Assembly: GCF_021028975.2 (NCBI RefSeq)
Contig: NC_059434.1
Location: 72,354,001 to 72,418,000 of the forward strand
Length of the DNA: 64,000 nt
Direction of reading: 5' to 3'
DNA from: Sphaerodactylus townsendi
Lineage: Eukaryota
The notes under the pieces are model-generated. The model made no database searches, was not told the origin of the DNA, and saw only the letters and a list, made by a program, of their open reading frames with translations. This document shows, piece by piece, positions 14,235-26,130 of the stretch; positions within the stretch are counted from its first letter, which is position 1; each line of letters begins with the position of its first letter. Both the position numbers and the translations under genes were made by a program.

Positions 14235-14340
14235 AACCCTACCACTTCCTTGGTGGTCTCCCATCAAGTACTAACCAGATTCAATACAGCTTACTTTGTT
14301 AGGGCAGAAGAGATGGAGCAAGTCTAGGCCATCAAGATCA
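14235..14340 (-). mobile_element. 5S-headed SINE fragment
   Basis: ggtggtctcccatcaagtactaacc is the reverse of 5S GGTTAGTACTTGGATGGGAGACC. Confidence 0.55.
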
Positions 14341-16887
14341 ATTTATTAGAGTGTTTCATGACAGAGGCAATCTTCCCCACCAAACCAATAGTCTGAATTA
14401 TATTCACGCTGTCCAGGGCCAGAAATGGCAAACCATGGACTGAGGCAGAAAAACACCAACACCTCACTATCAGCATCATGATGGTAACTTGCCAGCAGAG
14501 AGAAAGGCTGCGCTGCTCTTGGTTACACCGACAAAATTAGCAGGTGGAAAGGCGAAGCATCTAAGTGTACTAATGAAATAGCCTGAAAACCTTCTAATTT
14601 CCTACCTCTCTCAGAGTTTACTGTGAGCCTGAAATGTCAAGAACAGAACAAAAACAACATGGAACAGAATCATTACAAAAGATAAAAGGAATGAATCATC
14701 CTATGTTCATGGTGGGCGCAAGTCATCCTGTGCCATGAATTTAAATGGGAGAGAGTTAAGCCTGCGATTTAAATTACCTCTCATTGAATGTAATCGCACT
14801 TAAATATGCTTAACTTTGGCTGTTTGTTGTCCCATCGTATGTGGCTTGCAATTATACTCTTTACCCTTCTCTTTCCTGTGGACAATTTCCAGTTTGAAAT
14901 AATGGCTCAGATTTCTCTTCCATTTGAGCCTGAAAACAGTATGTTTTTAACTTTTGTTGTATCCAAGCCATTGGCAAGATCACTGTTACATGAGAAACTA
15001 GAATGCAAGAAACCTACTTAAGAGCAGTTTCTGCTCAGATCTTTAGGCAGATGACCATCACATAGCATTGCACTCAGAACATAAAGCTGAAAAAGTGGTT
15101 GTGAATGAGCCAGTTTTCATCACAATTAGGGCAACTGCTGAAAAATATTCTCTCCATGGAAAGACAGATGGAAAGAGATCGTTTCACCAAATAAATTCTT
15201 GGCTAGAAATCTATCAGGGATTTGCAAATTTTCCTAACGCTTACAAATGTGGCAGGAAGAAATGGTAATGGCTGTAATTTACTGTGAATAAACATACACA
15301 TTTCTACAAATATCACGCAGTGTAGGTTTTCTAGTGAAAGTTCTAGTGAACCTTCCAGCAGATAAATGTTGTCACCCTTAGAAGTTAACTTAACAAAGTG
15401 TTGTTTACTATTTTTTCCTGTTTCCCCTTTTAGGCCAAAGATCACCCAAGCCTCTTTAGGGAATGTGGAATCACAGATACCAGAATCAAAACGGATCTCC
15501 AAGTATGACATTTGCTTGTTGTTGGTCATCCTAAATTGCCCCCACCCCCACTACTTTTTTTCCAGTGGGGGAAAAAAACCAAGTGCCCATATTGTGTCTA
15601 TTGTTTTAGAAGATGTCCCATTCATCCCCAAAAGGACCCAATTGGGGTTAAGGTCTACATAGCCACGCAGATGTTATCTGGGTAATACTTGCATATTGCT
15701 CTAAAACAAGGGGCCTTGAAACTTCCACTCTCTTAGTAAGTATTAAGTAGAGCTACAGGGAAGTTGTGTTTCCAATGGTGTGTGGATGAGAAGGAACTAT
15801 GGGGTAAAATATGAATTTGGAGCTGGCATTCTGTGAGACTGAGTATTCAGAAAGTAACTGTTCCAAGACAATAGCATGTATTTCTGATTTGTGTGCAAGT
15901 TAGACAAATATGTAGTGGGAGCAAGAGACAAACTCAGGATAGCCAGCCAGACTGTGTGATTATGACATTTGTATGCTCTTTCTTACACACATCTCATTTG
16001 TATGAGTTGAACCATTTCCCAGTATCCTTCCATGCACCAGCTGCATTCATGATAGCCTCTCCTTCCAAAGCCCTCTCTTTGGATTGTCTGTCTGGCAACA
16101 GCCTGGCATCTGGCTTTTTATGTGGCAGGTCCATGTAAGTCTTATAAGAGAGAGAGCAGATCTACCTTCACTGTGCAATTTGGAAGACACATAGAACCAT
16201 TCTATTTCAGAGGCCATTTGGTGGAGAATAAATTATTCAAGCAATGTTTTTATCTTGTTGATGGACTGCTGTATTGTTTTTATGAGTTTGCTTGGTATGT
16301 GAAATGGGGCCAGTGTGTTATTAATGGTTGAAGAGAACATCTTGGATCTCAACTGTTTGGCAACCAACCTTCTTCCCCTGCCTAGTTGCCTCAGCTATCA
16401 GCTAAGATGTGACCTTCAAGAGCCATGCTTCAATAACCAAGTATAATTACTTGGATCTTGGAGTTTTCTTGGCAGCCTGATGAGGCATATCAGAATCCCC
16501 CATCTTACTGGCCTGAAAACTATTGACCTAAAACACACAAAATGTGCACACCTCAGGGACTCTGGAACAGAACACTGCAAATACTAGTGTTAGAGTATGA
16601 TACAAAAAGTGTTTATAAAAGCACCATCAATTATTTGGGCTGAGTTTTGGATGTGAGAGTTAACACAAGATTGAGATCTGCACTCAGATGTGAACTCAAA
16701 AGCAATCTTCTTAGTGCATTCATTGATTGCTGAATGTTTTACTTGAGCATGGAAAATGGTTCCAATAAATCACCTTAAAGCATGTAAAATAAACTGAGTG
16801 CACACCTCTCCCATTTGTGGTCATTAACAGCAGCAATGCTACAACGGTGTACAGGACATGACAGGGCAGAGAATTTAGGGCAAGTTG

Positions 16888-17107
16888 GGTGCTGTGTGGG
16901 TTCCGGGCTGTATGGTCGTGTTCTAGCAGCATTCTCTCCTGATGTTTCGCCTGCATCTGTGACTGGCATCTTCAGAGGATCAAAGATGAAGATCTTTGAA
17001 GATGCCAGCCACAGATGCAGGCGAAGCGTCAGAAGAGAATGCTGCCAGAACACGGCCATGCAGCCCAGAAACCACACAGCACCCAAGTGATTCCAGCCGT
17101 GAAAGCC
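16888..17107. mobile_element. Penelope-like inverted pseudo-LTR pair with two degenerate hammerhead motifs
   Basis: Same pseudo-LTR as 50527-51201 in inverted arrangement. 13-bp TSD TTAGGGCAAGTTG (16875-16887 / 17108-17120). Confidence 0.85.
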
Positions 17108-17817
17108 TTAGGGCAAGTTGTTTGTTACACCTGTTGAATTCATCCACTATCGAATTCTTCTCCATGTTTCTTTTTTTTAAGACTCCCTTGTTGCATTGTG
17201 TTTCAAACTGTGTCCCTAGGAACCCTAGAGTTCTCAGAAAGCTTATCTGATTTTCCTTGCTGAGAAGACTGCTAGTTGCAGACATGCTGTCCAAGAGACA
17301 ACTGGTTTGCCATTGCTGAAGACCTACCCAGATGTTACAGGAGAGAGGTGACTGCCATGATCTGTACATTCCTGATTTGTCTTCATCCAGTAGGAATGCC
17401 AACAATCCCTCTCCTGGAGCAAGCAGCAGCCAAAAAACTAGAGTTTGAACAGATGTCAGGAAAGCATCCATCTTAAAACTCTTCTGGGTCTACTTGCTGC
17501 AAGTTTGGTCAGGTGCAGGGTGTCGCTTGTTAACTCCTTATCTCTCAGGGGCACCTTTCCAGGCCAATTCTAATTAAGAATATACAGTACAACTGAAGAG
17601 GTTTCTAGCTGGGAGGAGTGAAATACTTGTTCCAGTTGGGAAGGGGCAAGTTGTTCCAAGCCTGGAAGTTCTGGTCAGGGCAGTCCCAGGATTGGTTGAA
17701 AGAAACACCAGATTAGGGCCAGTGTTCTCCATAAAGAGTCATCATGTAACAACCAAACCTTTCCTTTTCATGTGCCCCTTGTTACTTTTCAAGCTGAGGC
17801 TTCAAGACCACCTATGC

Positions 17818-17963
17818 CCGTGGTGGCGAACCTTTGGCACTCCAGATGTTATGTACTACAATTCCCATCAGCCCCTGTTAGCATGGCCAATTGACCATGC
17901 TGGCAGGGGCTGATGGGAATTGTAGTACATAACATCTGGAGTGCCAAAGATTCACCACCACGG
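17818..17963. mobile_element. Palindromic hAT MITE
   Basis: Near-perfect 146-bp palindrome; 8-bp TSD ACCTATGC. Confidence 0.9.
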
Positions 17964-19587
17964 ACCTATGCTGTGTAGGACTTCAGTGGGTATGCAGTGT
18001 TTTGCTGTTTTCTGTGAACCTTTTTTTTTTGCCAAACTGTAATTCTGTTTTGCTTTTTAAAGTGGTATGCATTTATTGGCCAAACCCAGAGTGCTTGATT
18101 ATGTTATATAGACAATGGCATGGGCTTCTGCCACTACAGCACCTAGTAAAGCAGGGAAATGTTACACCAAGTCTTTTGTTTACTAGCTGCTGAAGTGTGA
18201 GGTAGTAGCAGGCACACATCTCCCATAATGTGTACTGGTAACTAGACCTTGTTCTTTAGAGTGAATTATAAGATGGGGTCCCCACCATGTTTCAGCCCAC
18301 AGGCATTTTGGGAATGTTGATATAGCATGGTAGGTGCTGCCTCAGGAGATGAAGCCAGACACAAAATGGCTGATAAACTTACGTTCAGTCACACAGTGTG
18401 AATATCCTTGTTTTGGTTGATGCTGCCACCAAATAAAAGTTTTTTTAAAATCGGCACAGCCAATCAACTGGTCACGTAAAATCTCTGCTTGAAAAAAGCC
18501 CCACATGGCCACACCCACTTTCTAAAAACACTAGGAGGGCACTAGGGAAGTTGTTAGTCATTGTCATGGTGCCATGTAGGGAAACCCTGTTCTAAAGTAT
18601 ATAAACAATAGTGATTTCCAAGAGACCTGGCTAACATTCTATGTGTGCTGTATGTGTTCTGAAAAGTATGTTAGGAATAACTGGGAAGAACATATTCCAC
18701 CACACATTCCTTAAGAGACAAAGTGGGAACTATTTCCTGTGACAATATCTTTTCAGTTAAATTATAACACTAGCGCACACAGCCTGGATTTCAATTTGAT
18801 GATTTAGTGTAGCAAAATTTAAAACCTTTCCAAGAGTAACAAAGCAGCTGGTACTATGACTTATCTCTGTTTTAACTGTCCTCAGCAATCCAACGAAAAA
18901 CTCTGCCTCTCATTCCAGAAGTTGCAAAGAACTGTCCAAGGTCCTGTGGTATCATCCATATATCTTCTCTTTCTGTGTGTGTTTGCAGTTGCAAGTAAGA
19001 ACTAGAAATGGAGAAGCGGGAGGAATTGGGCTTGCTGAGTGACTGACAGCAACGTATATGCATAGGGACACAAGTATTTGCAGGACAACTATTGCACTTA
19101 TTAACAACAGGAAATCGATAACACTGCAGCCAATAGGCAGCCTTGCCTTGCAGGGGCTTATGAATACAGATTTTAGTGAGATCTTACTCTATCAATTGCA
19201 TCACAGCCCACAGAAAAAATGGGTGAGTCAGACTTTCTGCAAGGACCTTCCACTCTTTAATTTGTAGAATTTATGCCAGTTTCCACCAGATCCTATCTCT
19301 GTTTTTGTTTTGCTTTGTTGGTACCAACTAGTCTTTATGAATTATCTGGATGTGATTCATGCTTCTTTCCCTATCACAACTGGAGATCTCTTTCACACAT
19401 CTCTGCTGTGTAGTTTTCACAGCCGGGCAACTACAAAGAACAGTATGTCTTAATGAATTTGTATCCACGGTCACATAATTATTTTACAATTCAGTCTTGT
19501 TAGTACCGGTATACAATGGCATCCTCAGTCCACATTAAGGACAGAGTACATGCAAGTACTTCCTGTTGTATATGTAAGTAATAAAAG

Positions 19588-22120
19588 TAGGGTTGGAGAT
19601 TCGGACAGTCCGAATCTGGATTTTTACCGAATCTGCACTGATTCGGACGGATTCGGACGAGCAAGGTCCGAATCTGAGCTGTCTGAATCCTAACAGATCC
19701 GAATCCATGGGATTCGGATCACCAGCCGAATTGTGTTTTTATTTTTTGGTGTTTTTTTCATGTTTCAGCCTGCAGGGGGCGCATTTTTAAACATATCGGC
19801 ACCAAAATTTCAGGGTATCATCAGGAGACTGTCCTGATGATATTCTCCAAGCTTGGCGCAGTTTATTAGGGTTGCCAAAGTTATGGACCCCTGCAAAAGG
19901 GGTGTCCCTATCCCCCATTCTTTCCATAATGGGAACTAAGGAGATGAGGCTACCCTTTTGAGGGTCCATATTCATTGGCCCCCCTGAACCAAACCCTGCA
20001 CCAAACTTGGAGGGCATCATCAGGACAGTCTCCTGATAATACACTGAAATATTGGTACTGATTATCTACAAATGCACTCCCCTGCAGGCACCCCCAGAAA
20101 TTGCAATAAGATTCTTTGTTCTGCAGTTACGTAGTAGCTGCATTGCTGCTGTCATTAGGGAATTTCTGATAGAGGGCTGTGGAGTGCACATTTTTCATGG
20201 TAAACCCAATAAAACTTTCAGGGTATCTTTCAGGAGAGTCTCTGGATGACACCATCCAGGTTTGGGGAACCTTACTTCAGGGGGGCAGTAAGAGATGGGG
20301 TCTCACCTCTTTTGGGGTCCCATAGACTTAAACCCCCTGAAGCAAAATTACCCAAACCTGGATGCAGGTGCTATCCAGAGACTCTCCTGGAAGATGTCCT
20401 GAAAGTTTCAGGACCATATTCCTTCAGAAATGTGCACCTCATGTTCCCCTCTACCAGAAATTCCTCATTGACAGCAATACAGCTAAGTCACTCTACAGAA
20501 ACGTTAAATCTTGGGCAAATTTCTGGGGGTGCCTGCAGGGGACGCATTTTGAGATGTATTGGCACCAAATTATCAGGGTAGCATCAGGTGAACGTAATGA
20601 TGTTGCCCAACAAGTTTGGTGCAGTTTGGTTCAGGTATGGACCCTCAAAAGGGGTGCAACTATCCCCCATTGTTTCCAATGGGAGCTGATGGGGCTACAC
20701 ATTTGAGAGTCCATAACTTTGGCTCCCCTGACCCAAACTGCACCAAACTGTGGGGGTATCATCAGGACAGTCTCCTGATGATACCCTGAAAGTTTGGTGT
20801 CACTAGCTTTAAAAATGTTGGTTTGCGTGTTTCACCGCTCACTCACTCCAGCAGGCTTCATGTGCAGGAGCTGTGAAACATGAAAACTGGAATTTTTAGT
20901 AAGCTAGTGGTACTGAATTTCAGGGTATCATTGAGACTGTCCTGATGACACCCCCCAAGCTTGGTGCAGTTTGGTTCAGGGGGGCCAAAGCTATGGACCC
21001 TCAAAGGCTCCCCTATCCCCCATTGTTTCCAATGGGAGCCATAGATGGTGGCTACCATTTTGAGGGTCCATAGCTTTGGCCCCCCTAAACCAAACTGCAC
21101 TAAGCTTGGGGGGGTAAAATACTGCACAGGCACCTGATGATACCCCCATATTTTGGTGCTGATATGTCTAAAAATGTGCTCTCTGCAGGCACCCCAAAAA
21201 TTCTTGCCTCAATATTCTTTTTTCTGCAGTGACTTCCTGCATTGCTGTCAATTGGGAATTTCTGGTGGAGGGTTAGGTGCACATTTATCATAGGGACAGT
21301 CATTAAACGTTTGTATTCTTCAGGAGAGTCTCTGAATGACACCATCCAGGTTTGAGGAACCTTGCTTATGGGGGGCAGTGGGAGATGGACCCTACCCATA
21401 ACATTGAACCCCTTGAAGCAACGGTCAATAAACCTGGACAGTGTCATGAAGAGACTCTCCTGAAGACACCCTGAAAGCTTTGTGCTTACCATGAGAAATG
21501 TGCACTCCATTGTGTCTCCTCCCACAGAAATTTCCCTCCCCATTGGCTGCAATGGAGCCAAACAGCCAGCCACTACAGAGCACAGAATCTGAGGAAATTT
21601 CTTTGGGTGACTGTGAGGGGTGCACTTTTAGAGTTACTGTCACTACCAGGCATTTGCAAGTACTGTCCTTATGATACTCTCCAAGTTTGCTAGGAGCGAG
21701 TTCGGGGGGGGGGGTCCAAAGTTATGGACCTTCAAAAGTGTAGCCCCCATCTCTTGTTAGCTTCCATTGGAAACAATGGGGGATGGGGCACCCCTTTTGA
21801 GGGTCAATAACTTTGCCCCCCCTGAACCAAACTGCACCAAACTTGGGGAGAACCAACAGGATAGTCCCCATATGATATCCTGAAAGTTTAGTGCCGCTAG
21901 CTTTAAAATTGCGTCCCCTGCAGGCCAAAACGTGTAAAAACACCAAAAAATTCAAAAAAAAAAAAAAAAAAAATAATATAATTTGGGATCTGGAATGATA
22001 CCCGAATTTTCGGGCATATCCGAATCGGCTATGATTTGGATTCAGGTATACAAATCATTTTATGCCCCAAAATACCCAAATCCGAATTTTACCGAATTTT
22101 TTTAGTATTGACCAACCCTA
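19588..22120. mobile_element. Non-autonomous hAT-type DNA transposon, 2.5 kb, with internal direct and inverted repeat modules
   Basis: TIRs TAGGGTTGG...CCAACCCTA; perfect 8-bp TSD AATAAAAG (19580-19587 / 22121-22128); many subterminal CCGAAT/ATTCGG repeats; no transposase ORF. Confidence 0.9.
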
Positions 22121-24789
22121 AATAAAAGCAAAAATGCAGCACTGTATGAACACAAAGTTAAACAGAAAGCTTTATGCATGCCATTTTCACTTGGCGCACA
22201 TGCATTTATGTTTTGATGAAATTCAGCAAATCCATCTCTGAAGATCTTTTCCAAATCTAGAAACATTATGTGGTAGTATGAAATGGGAAGTGTTGCAGAG
22301 TGAAAAAATAAGCATTTTGGTTTAATTCTTGAGCTGTAATCATTTTGCTAACATCCGACTGCCAGGGAAGACCGCATGTTTATATGTCAACAAATATTCC
22401 AGTGACTTTTAATTTCAAATTAAATGTGTATATTTACAAAGTTAATGCAAAACGGCCCAAAATGGAAAAGAGCCAACATTTGCAGAAACAGATAAGAAGC
22501 TATGCTCTTGTTCATCTGTTTTTCATGGTAACCCCCTAGCCCCATTTGGCTTGAACATTTCTAAAAGCTTGTGGCAATGCAGCCTTTATAGTGTTTTGCA
22601 TCTATCAAAGGAGGTGAACTATCTGGAAGGCAAATGCTGTCTCCCATTGCCCTTTCAGATGATACTGGTTGAAGGTTGCTTCAACTTCTATATCCTAAAA
22701 GAGACAATTTTACAGAACCAGAATGGAATCCTATGAAAAGCTTACATCATCTGCAAAGTGCCACAGATAACATGTGATTTCTGCATCAGTGCTACAAAAG
22801 AAGCAATTATTGTGGGGAGGTACTCATCTGAAATATGATGTTGGAGGCATTTTATTTGATGATGATGGTGCAATGTAGTCTAACAGTAGGAGTACTCATT
22901 CAGGGCTCCATCCCACCTGTGAGTGCATTTTGCCTGCACTTTTCATTTTAGGCTTATGTACATTTACAGCTCAACATGACCAGGTTCCAACTGAGCAAGG
23001 GAAACTTTAGCTGTTAGATTAGATAAAAGGCAGGCTTGAATGTAGTTGACTTGAAAGACTGTGAAAATCTGTTCAGTCATCCCTTAATTAAAAGACAGAT
23101 GGGAGAGACCTTGGTAGTGATACCACTTTGTAAGTCACAGCCCAATCCAGACTGTGGAGGCAGCCAGGGGTGGCACTGCTGCCACACCATGCTGCCACAT
23201 GGCTTTCCAGAGGTGCTGGGAGGGAGAAAATAGCAAAATCCCTCCCCGTTAGAAAGCCCTCTATTAGACCCAATGGACCAACGTCATCCAAAATCGTGGT
23301 GTAAGTCCAGGGCCAGAGGTATGGTGCAACTGGCTGAAAACCCTGAGTGCAAACCAACATTGGCTCCATCCCCAGGAATACCCTGGACTCCCCCACCCCC
23401 ACTCCATGCTGGAGTCCATCTGTAGCTATTAACCATGACACATAATGGAACCAACATGTTCAGAAAATACTAGCACTTTGGAATCTGTGATTCACTTTAG
23501 GCCTTTTGGTGTGATTGGTTGGCTACCATGTGAGTCAGAATTCTGAACCACCACTGGTGTGATCCAACTTTGCTGCTCTTAGGTGGTTACTCTGTTTGAA
23601 ACTCACGACAATGAGGTAGGCTGAGAAACAGTGACTACTCAGATCCTGAACAAAAATTCAAATTCTGTCTTCACTGCTCTAATTCCAACATTTCAATAAC
23701 TCCATTACACTGTAGGCATGAACCTGTAATGTAGTTGTTGGGTTGAAAGCCAAAATGCGGGGGGGGGGGAGTAAATTACTGCAGAATGTTGTGTAAACTG
23801 TGAAACTCTAAAGAGAATGAAAGCATTTCTCACATACCCATCATGCCACATTAAAAGAACATTAGAATATTCTAAGGACAACAAGAGAAGAACTCAGCTA
23901 TGCAGGAGGAGTCTATGCATACACTGGGGCTGTCTCATACTGGCATGGTTTTGGGAAATGGGGCAATGCAGGATGACATCCTCCTATGCCATGGCCTCTT
24001 CCCACATGGATTTTGATGACAAGTGCAGCATGGAAACACACAGATCATGCTCCCTATACTGCTGAGGTATTGTAAGGAGGCTGATAATTATATATTTTTG
24101 GTCCTTCATCAGTCCCGGGTAAGTTTTGTGTTTCCCCAGTGGAAGACGTTGCAGCATCTTTCAATCAATTGGTTAACTTCTCAGAAAACAATGGAGTAAA
24201 TTGAGCTTCCATTTTTTCCCCTGTGAAATGTTCCATGGGCTACTTTTAATTACTTTCAAAGACAATTTTGACTCTTCACAATTTACTACTTGATGCCAAA
24301 ATAAATCATTTTGGAGCACCTGAGCAATAGCAAGAATCTGGCCCTGAAAAGGCAGTTCTGAAAAGTGGTTTCCACGTTTTCAAGTACCTCTTCTGCAACT
24401 CCTAGGAGCGGCAATAAAAGCAACAAAAGCAAGCTGGGAAACACTTTACTGAAGTACTTAAATAAATGGGTGAGAACGAAAGACCCACTTACAGGTTATA
24501 AAAATAGAAACATTGTCTCCAGAAACTGTTCCTTCGGTTCTTGGCACAATATAAAACTTCCATACCTATTTGTAAGTCAAGGGAAACTGCACTGAAATTG
24601 GGGACCATCGACAAAACATGATGAGGAACGAATGAGACACAAACATTGAAAGATTTTTTAAAAAATACTTGAGAACAAAGAAAAGGCCTTGCACAATTGG
24701 ATAACTTGGATCAGCAGTTTCAGCATCCTGTTTATACAGATGCCTCGGGAAAGCCAATAATCAGAGTTGGGCATACCTTGATTATCAAG

Positions 24790-25400
24790 AACTGGTTTGC
24801 AGACATATCTTGCCTCTGAACATGGAAGTCCCTCCCATCCATTGTGGCTCACAACCCTTGACAGGCGGACAACTTCTCTATGAAACTGTTTAATCTTCTT
24901 AAAGTCAACTAATCCAACTAAGCCGACACTAAAGCTTTTGGTTACAAACTCTATAAGTTAATTGATTGTTATGTGGAGAGTAATTTATTCTGTTCTGAAA
25001 CTACTGCCCACCAATTTCACTTGGAAATACTGAGTTGTAATCGTATGAGAGGGACAAAAAATTGGCTAAATGGAAGGTGTATCTACTCTGCACAGACTTC
25101 TGTTAAGTCCCTTCTCAGCTGTATGTTTTCGCTAAACTAAAAAGCCCTTAACTCTCAGAGTTTCTTATACAGAAGATATTTGAGCAACTTGATCAGATAG
25201 AATACAGTAAACTTTTGGAGGGGCAACCAAAAGTCAACAGAGTTTTCCAAATGCAGCTGCACCATAGATCAATATAATTTTAGCATGATACTATTTTAAC
25301 TCCAGTCCCTGTCCTAATAATCCCTGCCATAAAGTTTGGTATTTCTTGTGCCAATGCATGATTTATTGCTGTTTTCATTGAGCCTAAGATATTTTTTTCC
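24790..25400 (-). mobile_element. Possible very old CR1 fragment
   Basis: Degenerate resemblance to the reverse of the CR1 3' region (ctctatgaaactgtttaatcttcttaaagtc...; ttccaaatgcagctgcaccatagat). Confidence 0.4.
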
Positions 25401-25619
25401 TGGCTAGTTACTTCACTTCATGACAATCCCTTCACAGGTTTTCAGTGGCACCATTTTAGATTTTGGACACAATAGCTGGAAAGGATGGAGAAGGGCAGGA
25501 TGCCAAGTGGAAAAGTCTATGGATTTGATTTGTCATTTCTTCCTCCTTGGGAATGCAGAGTGCTGTATTTCAGAGGAGGAGGGCTGAAGATCTAAGGATT
25601 ATTTGTGAGAAAATATTTT

Positions 25620-25812
25620 ATTTTGCCATCAAGTCATAGCCGACTAACAGTGAGCCCAAAAGGTTTTCAAACCAGGAGATCTTCAGAGATGTTTTTGCCA
25701 TTGCTTGCCTTCTTGGTAATCTCTTACCCATATATTGAATAGGACCAACCTTTCTTCTGAAGCTTCTGAAATCTGATGAGACTGGACTACTCAGAGCTAT
25801 CCAAGTCAGGGC
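25620..25812 (-). mobile_element. 5S-headed SINE
   Basis: Reverse reads tctcatcagatttcagaagct (5S-like)...aatggcaaaaacatctctg...gaaaacc. Confidence 0.65.
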
Positions 25813-25819
25813 ATGGGAA

Positions 25820-26130
25820 AGTATACAGGTCAGGCAGTGGTGGGATTCAAATGATTCAACAACTGGTTCTGGTGGTGGGATTCAAATAATTTAACAACTG
25901 GTTGCTTACAAACACAATTTTAACAACCAGTTCTGCTGAAGTGGTGTGTGAACCTGCTGAATTCCACCACTGAGTTCTGGCCTGGTTAATACTTGGAAGG
26001 GAGATTACCAAGCAAGTCCAGGGTCACCATGCAGAGGCAGGTGATGACAAACTACCTCTGTCAGTCTCTTGCCTTGAAAACTCTGTGTGGGTTACCATAA
26101 ATCAGTTGTGACATGACCACACTTTTCATC
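25820..26130 (+). mobile_element. 5S-headed SINE interrupted by a hAT MITE
   Basis: gcctggttaatacttggaagggaga (5S GCCTGGTTAGTACTTGGATGGGAGA) plus cttgccttgaaaac tail. Confidence 0.7.
25835..25972. mobile_element. hAT MITE
   Basis: TIR CAGTGGTGGGATTC / GAATTCCACCACTG; TSD aggtcagg / agttctgg. Confidence 0.8.

Noticed and set aside
17818-17963. Hairpins as miRNA precursors
   Set aside because: Multi-copy palindromic MITEs with TSDs; no evidence of processing.
19588-22120. Repeated modules as a CRISPR-like array
   Set aside because: Eukaryotic DNA; repeats are long, degenerate and in both orientations, bounded by hAT TIR/TSD, with no cas genes.
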